Source: a virus. From it: a DNA stretch of 64,000 nucleotides. The position numbers were made by a program, and so were the translations under genes. The notes below the pieces were generated by a model that did not search any database, was not told the origin of the DNA, and saw nothing but the letters and a program-made list of their open reading frames with translations. The DNA is taken from the IMG/VR virus record IMGVR_UViG_3300023179_000019. One strand, given 5' to 3'. Below are positions 11,111 through 19,138 of the stretch, piece by piece (the stretch's first letter is position 1; every line of letters begins with the position of its first letter).

Positions 11111-13187
11111 TACAGTTTCAGTTCTAAGTTATGCCAATACATTTGGTGATTGGGTAGTTGCGACCAATGCTTTAGCGAGGGAGCACAACGATCTAGTGGC
11201 AAACAATTGGACCAAATCTACAGGAACATTATATTTAACAGATCCTTCATTAGGAATACAAGTTAGTGGTGCAGCTATTGTTGCTGGCGCTTTACAAGTT
11301 CAGGGTACAGGTTCATCCGCATATGTACAAAATAACATTCGTATCGATGGAACTTTGGCCGCAACTAATTCCACTAATAGCATTTATTCTACCGGCGCTA
11401 TTACATCTTTGGGTCGAGTAAATGCTAATGCGGCCGGATTAGGTTTATTTGTTGCAAACAATTTTACTGTTGGCAACATATCAAATACAAATATTTTATT
11501 TGTAACATCCAATACCACAACAGGTAATTTACAAACACAATATACAACAACAACACAAACATTGTCCGTCAATGCTTCTGCATCTATTGGTACGGGTTTG
11601 GTTGTTTCTACAACTATAAGTGCTGGTGGAAGAACTTTCACAGATACTTTAACAGCTAACAATGGTATCACTACAACGACTGTTAGTGCTAACGGTACAA
11701 GTTCTTTAAACATCATACAAGCAAACAATATAACGGTTACAGCTAATATTATTAGTAGTAATGTTAGAGCAGATAATTTAATGTATGCTAATGCATTAAC
11801 TGTAGGAAATGCAGCAACAGTTGATAGATTAACATCGAATACTTCTATAAATTCTAACACGTTTACTTCAAATACGGCTACAATTAATGGATTATTAACC
11901 TCTAATAGTTTATCTGTTGGTACTGGGGGTATTTCTGTACAAGGCGATTTCGTTATCAATGGTACAGCAATCTACAATACACCGAATTTTACAATAAGTG
12001 CCAATTCTTCTGGTCAAGACGGTTTCTTTAGTGTTTATAGAAATACTTCTAATGCTTCGATCAAATGGTCTGAAGCCAATACTTCTTGGTATCTTAAAGA
12101 TGTATCATCATATAGTGGAAATAATTATTTTTATAAAATACTTACAACACAGTATTTAACCGATTCATTGGTTGATTCTTCTTCTAGTAATGTTGCATCT
12201 TCTAAAGCTGCAAACACTTTACAAAGTAATTTGGTTACTGCAAATACTTCTATGAAGTCCTATGTGGACACAGCCAATACTTCGATGAAGTCTTATGTTG
12301 ATACAGCTAATACTTCTATGAAGTCCTATGTGGACACAGCCAATACTTCGATGAAGTCTTATGTAGATAACATCAATACTATTGGTGCAGGTATTAATAC
12401 ATCACAAAATACCAATATTACAACCGCAAATAATGCGGCGTGGGCAGGATATGCTCGTGCTAATACATCATCAAATACTTTTGTTGGCACTTCTGGTAGT
12501 GCATCTCCTAGTACCGGTGTTATTTCGTTCAACAGTACAAACGGTATTACAATTAGTGGAACAAGTAACGTTCTAACAATCAGTACCTCACAGAATTTAC
12601 AAACAAACGGTACTCCTACTTTTGCAACTGTAACGTTAAGTTCACCATCAACTGCACCAACAGCAGCAACAAATACAAGTAACACTCAAATTGCTACGAC
12701 TGCCTTTGTTCAGAATCAGTTAAACAACGGTAATACATATACCCACACTTCCGCAGTAACAAATTCCGTTACTGTAGTGAATGATTCATCAACAAACGCT
12801 ACGATGTATCCTGTTTGGGTAGTTGCAAATTCAGGTAACAATGCACTTAGAACATCAAGCGGTAATTATTATTTTAATCCAAGTACAGGATCATTAAACG
12901 CAACTAATTTTAATTCTCTTTCTGATGAAAATAGAAAAGAAAATATTTACCAAATTACCAATGCAACTGATATAATTAAACAAATTAATGGTTATGGATT
13001 TAATTGGAAAGATAATGGTAAAAAATCTTACGGTCACATCGCTCAACATTTGGAAAAAATCTTGCCTGATTTGGTCGACACTAATGATGATGGTGTGAAA
13101 TCGGTTAATTATAACGGTTTAATTGCCTTCTTGGTCGAAACTGTAAAAGAGATGGACAAACGTATCACCGAATTGGAAAGTAAATAA
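11103..13187 (+). CDS. Tail fibre protein with C-terminal intramolecular chaperone (peptidase S74) domain
   Basis: SDENRKENI...FNWK...YGHIAQHLEKILPDLV...SVNYNGLIAFLVETVKE at the C-terminus; TQIATTAFVQ fibre motif. Confidence 0.85.
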   Translation: MANTVSVLSYANTFGDWVVATNALAREHNDLVANNWTKSTGTLYLTDPSLGIQVSGAAIVAGALQVQGTGSSAYVQNNIRIDGTLAATNSTNSIYSTGAITSLGRVNANAAGLGLFVANNFTVGNISNTNILFVTSNTTTGNLQTQYTTTTQTLSVNASASIGTGLVVSTTISAGGRTFTDTLTANNGITTTTVSANGTSSLNIIQANNITVTANIISSNVRADNLMYANALTVGNAATVDRLTSNTSINSNTFTSNTATINGLLTSNSLSVGTGGISVQGDFVINGTAIYNTPNFTISANSSGQDGFFSVYRNTSNASIKWSEANTSWYLKDVSSYSGNNYFYKILTTQYLTDSLVDSSSSNVASSKAANTLQSNLVTANTSMKSYVDTANTSMKSYVDTANTSMKSYVDTANTSMKSYVDNINTIGAGINTSQNTNITTANNAAWAGYARANTSSNTFVGTSGSASPSTGVISFNSTNGITISGTSNVLTISTSQNLQTNGTPTFATVTLSSPSTAPTAATNTSNTQIATTAFVQNQLNNGNTYTHTSAVTNSVTVVNDSSTNATMYPVWVVANSGNNALRTSSGNYYFNPSTGSLNATNFNSLSDENRKENIYQITNATDIIKQINGYGFNWKDNGKKSYGHIAQHLEKILPDLVDTNDDGVKSVNYNGLIAFLVETVKEMDKRITELESK
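12237..12368 (+). repeat. 4 x 33-bp tandem repeat (TANTSMKSYVD)
   Basis: Seen directly; synonymous variants alternate ABAB, giving a 66-bp superunit. Confidence 0.9.
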
Positions 13188-13188
13188 A

Positions 13189-13524
13189 ATGGCAGCAGGA
13201 TACCAAGACATTTATTTAGAACAAGGTGTTACATACACCAACCAAATCACGCTTGATGATGCTACGGGTGAGCCTTATAATTTAACTGGATTTACCGTCA
13301 AAAGTCAAGCCAAAAAATCTTACTACTCAACAAATCCAACCATCACGTTTGATGCAACAATTTATGATGCAAATAATGGAATAATACAACTGAGTGCGAA
13401 TTCTGCTGTAACCGCAAATGTGGCTCCCGGTAAATTGGTATATGATATTATTATCATGGGATCCAATAATGTAACCCGTGTACTTGAAGGACAAATATTT
13501 GTATCTCCAGCCGTAACTAAGTAG
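13189..13524 (+). CDS. Structural adaptor protein (BppU N-terminal-like)
   Basis: IYLEQGVTY...YNLTGFTVKSQAKK...GKLVYDI...RVLEGQIFVSPAVT. Confidence 0.6.
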   Translation: MAAGYQDIYLEQGVTYTNQITLDDATGEPYNLTGFTVKSQAKKSYYSTNPTITFDATIYDANNGIIQLSANSAVTANVAPGKLVYDIIIMGSNNVTRVLEGQIFVSPAVTK

Positions 13525-13532
13525 GGCAAAAG

Positions 13533-13892
13533 ATGCCAAATGTTAGAGTCAATCCCATACAAAGCATAAATGTAAGGATAAATCAACGAAATCAACCCGT
13601 TGTTTCTACTACTTCCACATTTAATGGCCAAGTTGAAGTACAAGAAAAAGTTGACTTGGCTTTATCGCAAGCCAATAGTGCTTTAATTCTTGCCAACACA
13701 GCTTACTATCTCGCTAACACAGCCACACAAGACATCTCTTACATAAAAGGTGTCGATGCATGGCAAAATACACAGATTTCTTATGTGAATGTTTTTGCTC
13801 AGTCGGCTTATAACCAAGCAAATGCATCATATAATTTTGCAAATACAATATATACTGATCTTTCCGTGATTGATGGAGGATATTTTTACTAA
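13533..13892 (+). CDS. Small structural protein ending in IDGGYFY
   Basis: AN-rich helical repeats; C-terminal DGG motif. Confidence 0.55.
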   Translation: MPNVRVNPIQSINVRINQRNQPVVSTTSTFNGQVEVQEKVDLALSQANSALILANTAYYLANTATQDISYIKGVDAWQNTQISYVNVFAQSAYNQANASYNFANTIYTDLSVIDGGYFY

Positions 13893-14035
13893 ATAAGGGT
13901 GTTACCTAAAAAGTAACGCCAATAATATTGATTTATGAAGTTATTATTACATAAAAGTGAGGTTCGCCACTATTCATAAACACGGGGTTAATTTTCACCT
14001 TTGTAAGTTCAACAAAATAATAACCAAACAAAAAA

Positions 14036-14257
14036 ATGAAAAAAAACAGGATAAATCAACAAAGAGAACCATATTTAACTACAAGCTCTCAACTTGGTGT
14101 TCCGGTAACCACCAGTACTTTTTATGGTGCATCTGGTTCCACGAACAACCAAATAAAATCTGCATATGACCAAGCCAACACGGCTACAAGTATTGCAAAT
14201 ACAGCAAATACTATTGCAACCGATCTATCTATAACACTAGATGGTGGCTTTTATTAA
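14036..14257 (+). CDS. Short paralog of 13533..13892, possibly decaying
   Basis: Shares RINQ, TTSTF, SAY.QAN and TDLS...DGG.F segments with the upstream gene. Confidence 0.45.
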   Translation: MKKNRINQQREPYLTTSSQLGVPVTTSTFYGASGSTNNQIKSAYDQANTATSIANTANTIATDLSITLDGGFY

Positions 14258-14272
14258 TAGTATTAGTTTCTT

Positions 14273-14280
14273 TATAAATA
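14273..14280 (+). promoter_or_regulatory. T4-type late promoter TATAAATA
   Basis: Exact gp55 consensus, intergenic, upstream of 14393. Confidence 0.7.
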
Positions 14281-14392
14281 ATGTGGATGTGAAATAATTA
14301 ATTTTCGTAATTAATTTTAATTTAAGATTAATCCTGATTGACATTTGTAATGGAATTTTTAACAAAAAAACAAATCAAAATAAGGAAATAAA

Positions 14393-16297
14393 ATGGCCAT
14401 TTCAAATACTAACATTCTGATTAAACGTTCAGGTGTCGGTGGAACAGGACGTCCAAGTTCGCTACTATCTGGTGAATTAGCGTATTCATACGCATCAAAT
14501 ACAATCTTTATCGGTTCTCCAACTGGTAATGGTGTTGTTAATGTTGGCGGTCAATTCTACACTTCACAGATCGATTCCGCAACCGATTCAAATACCGCAA
14601 ACAAACTTGTAAAGCGTGACGCTGACGGTAAATTTGCTGGTCGTTTGACTGGTATCGCAGACAAAGCCGATCAATTAACAAATTCACGTAACTTCTCGAT
14701 TTCTGGTGGTGACATCACCGCAGCTAACGTTGCTTTTGATGGTACTGGTTCAGTTACATTAAGTGCTTCTTTAGATGCTGTTCCTGGTCTTGGTGCTGGT
14801 GCATACGGTTCTACAACAGCTATTCCAGTTATAACAGTTGGTGCAAACGGTCGTGTTCTTGCAATTTCAACATCAACTATTTCAACACAATTTGATATTG
14901 CTGGTGATTCTGGTACAGGAACTATTGAAGGTGGCGAAACTCTAACACTTGCTGGCGGCGAAGGTATCACCACAACAGCTAGCAACAACACAGTTACATT
15001 TGAAGTTGATGATACTGTTATTCGCGCTAACGCCTTTACAGGTGGTCAACAAACAATCAGTACATCATTATTGATTGGTTCTAATAACAGCTTGACTGTT
15101 ACTGGTAACTTGTACGTATATGGTAACACAACAACCGTTGGTACCGATTCGTTAGTTGTTAATGATACAGTTATCTACTTAGGTGCTGGCAACTACTTTG
15201 CTGACGCAAGAGATATCGGTTTTGCTGGTCACTATAATGATGGTGTTAATGCTCACGCTGGTATTATCCGTGACTCCGTAACTAAAGAATTCCATTTCTT
15301 CCAAGGTTACACACCAGAACTTGACGCAAATAACAACATCGACTTGAACGATGCATCATACCGTGAAGCAAACGTTCACTCTGCATACTTCAAGGGTAAC
15401 TTGATTGCTACTACAGCTGTCATCGACAACTTGTCAATGACTAATGCATTAACAGTTGCTAACGGCGGTACAGGTAGAACAACACTCGGTAATGGTCAAA
15501 TCATTATTGGTGCTGGTACAAACGGTGTTAATACTCTTGCCAATTCTTCTGTTTCTGCTGGTCAAAGCTTCGGCGATGCTGCATCGGTTCCAGTATTCAC
15601 AACTGACGTTTGGGGTCGTGTTGCTACTGTAACTAACACATCAATCTCAATTGCTGCTTCACAAGTTACTTCTGGCCAGTTAGCGATTGCTCAAGGTGGT
15701 ACAAACTCCAATACATATGCACAGAACGGTTTGTTGTTCTATAACGGCACATCTTTCTTAACATCTGCTAATCAAACTGCTTACAGTACACAAGGTGGCG
15801 CAAGTTATGTTCCAGTAATTTCTACCAATGAACTTGGTCAAGTTACTTCAATTTCTAACACACAGATTCAAATTGACACTGCCAATATTGTTTCTGGTAC
15901 ATTGGGTTACGGCAGAGGCGGTACAGGTTCTACATCATACACAACAGGTGCATTGCTTGTTGCTGGCGTTTCTGGTCTAGTGTCTGTTGCTAATACAACA
16001 TACGTATTGACTGGCGCACTAGCATCTAATAATACAATCACTTCATTGACTGTTGATGCATATGGTCGTGTAACTGCTGCAAGTGGTGCTGCAATTTCTG
16101 GTCTAACCGTTGCTCAAGGCGGTACAGGTGTTGCAACATTTACAACAAACGGTATCACATATGGTAACGGTACTAATGCGATGGGTGTAACTGCTGCTGC
16201 AGGAGATGCTGATCAGGCATGGTCAAATCAATTCTTGACAGTAACAGCAGCTGGTGTTCCAGTATGGTCATCAGCAATGGATGGTGGAACATTCTAA
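14393..16297 (+). CDS. Tail fibre/decoration protein
   Basis: N-terminal ILIKRS...L.SGELAYS domain; repeated L.VA.GGTG and VPV.T.D..GRV fibre motifs; ends MDGGTF. Confidence 0.7.
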   Translation: MAISNTNILIKRSGVGGTGRPSSLLSGELAYSYASNTIFIGSPTGNGVVNVGGQFYTSQIDSATDSNTANKLVKRDADGKFAGRLTGIADKADQLTNSRNFSISGGDITAANVAFDGTGSVTLSASLDAVPGLGAGAYGSTTAIPVITVGANGRVLAISTSTISTQFDIAGDSGTGTIEGGETLTLAGGEGITTTASNNTVTFEVDDTVIRANAFTGGQQTISTSLLIGSNNSLTVTGNLYVYGNTTTVGTDSLVVNDTVIYLGAGNYFADARDIGFAGHYNDGVNAHAGIIRDSVTKEFHFFQGYTPELDANNNIDLNDASYREANVHSAYFKGNLIATTAVIDNLSMTNALTVANGGTGRTTLGNGQIIIGAGTNGVNTLANSSVSAGQSFGDAASVPVFTTDVWGRVATVTNTSISIAASQVTSGQLAIAQGGTNSNTYAQNGLLFYNGTSFLTSANQTAYSTQGGASYVPVISTNELGQVTSISNTQIQIDTANIVSGTLGYGRGGTGSTSYTTGALLVAGVSGLVSVANTTYVLTGALASNNTITSLTVDAYGRVTAASGAAISGLTVAQGGTGVATFTTNGITYGNGTNAMGVTAAAGDADQAWSNQFLTVTAAGVPVWSSAMDGGTF

Positions 16298-16332
16298 ATA
16301 CTTTGTAATTACTTTATAATAGGGAGACCAAG

Positions 16333-17172
16333 ATGAGCAATGATAATTATATTAAACATTATGTTGAAATTTTAACTAATACGATGACGGATGCTGTAAT
16401 TAGAAATGTTTCTTTACAGGCAAACGCAAGAATTAGTGATGAAGTTATTGCTGGATTGAATAAAAAAGTTGAGGAATCATTTGCTCAGATTGGAAAGTAT
16501 GAGGAAAAGTCAAGCGGTGAAATTATTAATTTAAAATCATCGCTTGACAACCACCTCAATACGATTACAAGATTAAATAATGAAATTCAAGAACAGAAAC
16601 GTAAGTATGATAATGAAATTCAAGAACAGAAACGTAAGTATGATAATGAAATTCAAGAACAGAAACGTAAGTATGATAATGAAATTCAAGAATGTAAATC
16701 ACAGTATGACAATAAGATTACCAATTTAAATAAATTAGTTGAAGATCAAGCAAATACTATTTCTTCATTAGAGGAAACAATTTCTAATTTCGATATATCT
16801 AAAGAAGAAATTGAAAATTTAAATTCTTATAAAGAAGAATTGAATAAATTAAAAGAAGAAAACAGTAAATTCAATGAATCATATGAATCCAAAATTACTG
16901 AAGCAAGTAGTGGATATGATTCTAAAATTGCAGAAATGCAAAGTGAATATGAGTCTAAAGTTGCAGAAGTTAATAATCAATATGAGTCCAAAATTAAAGA
17001 ATTGACAGAAGCAAATAGTGTATATGAGTCTAAAGTTGCAGAACTTAACCGTGAATATACCAATTTGAAAATGCAAGTACAAACTGTATTGAATAGAACT
17101 CGAACGGATTATGAATCTAGGATTTCACAATTGAATGAAAAAATCAAATCGTTAGAATCTTCCTCTCTTTGA
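16333..17172 (+). CDS. Coiled-coil protein with 11-residue repeats
   Basis: E/K-rich; NEIQEQKRKYD x3 and YESK(I/V)AE repeats. Confidence 0.7.
   Translation: MSNDNYIKHYVEILTNTMTDAVIRNVSLQANARISDEVIAGLNKKVEESFAQIGKYEEKSSGEIINLKSSLDNHLNTITRLNNEIQEQKRKYDNEIQEQKRKYDNEIQEQKRKYDNEIQECKSQYDNKITNLNKLVEDQANTISSLEETISNFDISKEEIENLNSYKEELNKLKEENSKFNESYESKITEASSGYDSKIAEMQSEYESKVAEVNNQYESKIKELTEANSVYESKVAELNREYTNLKMQVQTVLNRTRTDYESRISQLNEKIKSLESSSL
16577..16692 (+). repeat. Perfect 33-bp tandem repeat, 3.5 copies
   Basis: ataatgaaattcaagaacagaaacgtaagtatg repeated without mismatch. Confidence 0.95.
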
Positions 17173-17239
17173 TAAAATTGACGAATAGTGTTCCGAATAA
17201 AGATGGTGTAAAAACTTAACTTAAATCTTTAGAAAAAAA

Positions 17240-18121
17240 ATGTCAACACCTATATCAAACACCACAATACAACTTAAAAAATCCGGCGTATCGGGTAATA
17301 CACCAACATCATTAAATTTTGGAGAGTTGGCGTTAAACTACGCCGATGGAAAGTTATATTATAAAGATGATACTGGTACCATCCGTTACATTAAAAATTC
17401 AAATTCTTTTGCTACAGTAAACGCAAATGCCTCTTTGGTATTAGCTGAGTCAAATAGCGATACTTTGACTTTAACTGCAGCAAACGGTATTGGTATCACA
17501 GCCAACACCATAACAAAAACGATTACAATTGATGATCGTGTCACACAAGACTTAGTTAATGATGTAAATGATTATGCACATTCTGCTTATTATAAAGCAA
17601 ATACTGCGGCTTTACAAATTACTCCTGTTGGTGAAACTGATGATAATGCAAACAATGTTTTTTATGTTGTTTTTAATGATACCAATAGTGGTCCTGCAAA
17701 CACATTGTTCGCAACAGCTAATAATGCTTCAAACAACACTTTAACATTTGTACCTTCTGCTGGAAAAATGGGCGTGAAGTCTATTGGTTTGGCTTCAAAT
17801 ACAATCATTTCTTCAAATAGTGTATTTGTTGCAAATTCTAATTCTATAATAATTGATTCTTTTTCTACAACAGAATACAAAGGTGCTTTCTATCAAGTGC
17901 AAATGTCTAGTCCAGATTATTTTCACTCATTGAATCTTACCGTGATACATGATGGACTTTTCCCAACCATAACAACTTTTGGTGAAGTTTATACAGGTAG
18001 TTTAGGATCATTTTCCGCAGATATATTTGGATCAAATCTAAATGTAATTTTTACTCCTAGAGGAAATTTACCTACAGCGAATCTTGCTACAATTGTATTC
18101 ATCAAAAATGCGATTAGGTAA
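17240..18121 (+). CDS. Fibre-associated structural protein (paralog A)
   Basis: IQLKKSG.SGNTP..L.FGE.ALNYADGKLYYKD N-terminus; IDSFSTTEYKGAFYQVQ C-terminal domain. Confidence 0.65.
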   Translation: MSTPISNTTIQLKKSGVSGNTPTSLNFGELALNYADGKLYYKDDTGTIRYIKNSNSFATVNANASLVLAESNSDTLTLTAANGIGITANTITKTITIDDRVTQDLVNDVNDYAHSAYYKANTAALQITPVGETDDNANNVFYVVFNDTNSGPANTLFATANNASNNTLTFVPSAGKMGVKSIGLASNTIISSNSVFVANSNSIIIDSFSTTEYKGAFYQVQMSSPDYFHSLNLTVIHDGLFPTITTFGEVYTGSLGSFSADIFGSNLNVIFTPRGNLPTANLATIVFIKNAIR

Positions 18122-18126
18122 GAAAA

Positions 18127-19104
18127 ATGTCTACCGCAAACACCATACTACAACTTAAAAAATCCGGCACCTCAGGAAACACTCCATCAAATTTGAGTTT
18201 TGGTGAGGTGGCGTTAAATTACGCCGATGGAAAGTTATATTATAAAGATGATGCTGGTGATACAAGCTTTATTAAAAATTCGAATTCTTTTTCTACTATT
18301 GTTGCCAACTCTTATTCTTTAGTTGCAGGCACAAATACTGATGTATTGAATTTAGAATCTGCAAATGGTTCTTATGGTATCGACATAACTGCTAATATAC
18401 AATCAAAAACTATTACGATTGCTGATTCTGATACACAAACGTTAATTGGTGAAGTGAACGACTATGTTGGTTCTGCTTACAATAAAGCAAACAACTTAGC
18501 TGTACATATCGACTCAATTGGAGAAGTTTCTAATACTTATTATATTAGTTTTGCGGCTGATAATAACAATTCGTCAAATATTTTATATACTACCGCAAAC
18601 AGCACTCTGACTTTTAAACCTTCTGAAGGAAGATTAGGTTTAAACTCTGTTGATTTGGCATCAAATACAAATATAGTTGCTAAAACTGTAGTTGTACCAA
18701 ACATTAATCCAATCGTAGTAGATTCATTCTCAATTAATGAATTTAGAAGTGCTTTTTATCAAATACAAATATCAAGCCCAACCTCTTTTCATTATCATTC
18801 ATTAAATTTTAACGTTGTACATGATGGATATTTTCCAATCACATCAACCTTTGGTGAAGTGTATACGGGTAGTTTAGGTTCATTCTATGCAAGTATATTT
18901 GGATCAACATTAGAAGTAACTTTTTATCCTAGTGTGGGTGCTTCAACTGTTGTTTTTACTAGATATGCAGTTGATACAAGTCCTATACAAGGAACTCCAG
19001 AATATTCTATGGGCTCAGTTGGTGATCCTTACACATCAAGATACAATTCGGGATATGTTACAGAATTGTCAACATTGATTTTGGATTATGGCACAGTAAA
19101 TTAA
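18127..19104 (+). CDS. Fibre-associated structural protein (paralog B)
   Basis: Colinear paralog of 17240..18121 with a C-terminal extension ending LDYGTVN. Confidence 0.65.
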   Translation: MSTANTILQLKKSGTSGNTPSNLSFGEVALNYADGKLYYKDDAGDTSFIKNSNSFSTIVANSYSLVAGTNTDVLNLESANGSYGIDITANIQSKTITIADSDTQTLIGEVNDYVGSAYNKANNLAVHIDSIGEVSNTYYISFAADNNNSSNILYTTANSTLTFKPSEGRLGLNSVDLASNTNIVAKTVVVPNINPIVVDSFSINEFRSAFYQIQISSPTSFHYHSLNFNVVHDGYFPITSTFGEVYTGSLGSFYASIFGSTLEVTFYPSVGASTVVFTRYAVDTSPIQGTPEYSMGSVGDPYTSRYNSGYVTELSTLILDYGTVN

Positions 19105-19138
19105 CAAGAATAAATAAATCAAACTTTAGGGATAAACC

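Noticed and set aside
11384-11959. Minus-strand and nested ORFs from the six-frame track (e.g. 11384, 14671, 37833, 52186)
   Set aside because: They shadow well-supported + strand genes and show no recognisable motifs.
16577-16692. CRISPR array
   Set aside because: Repeats are contiguous, in-frame and have no spacers; the same holds for 12237-12368 and 19420-21070.
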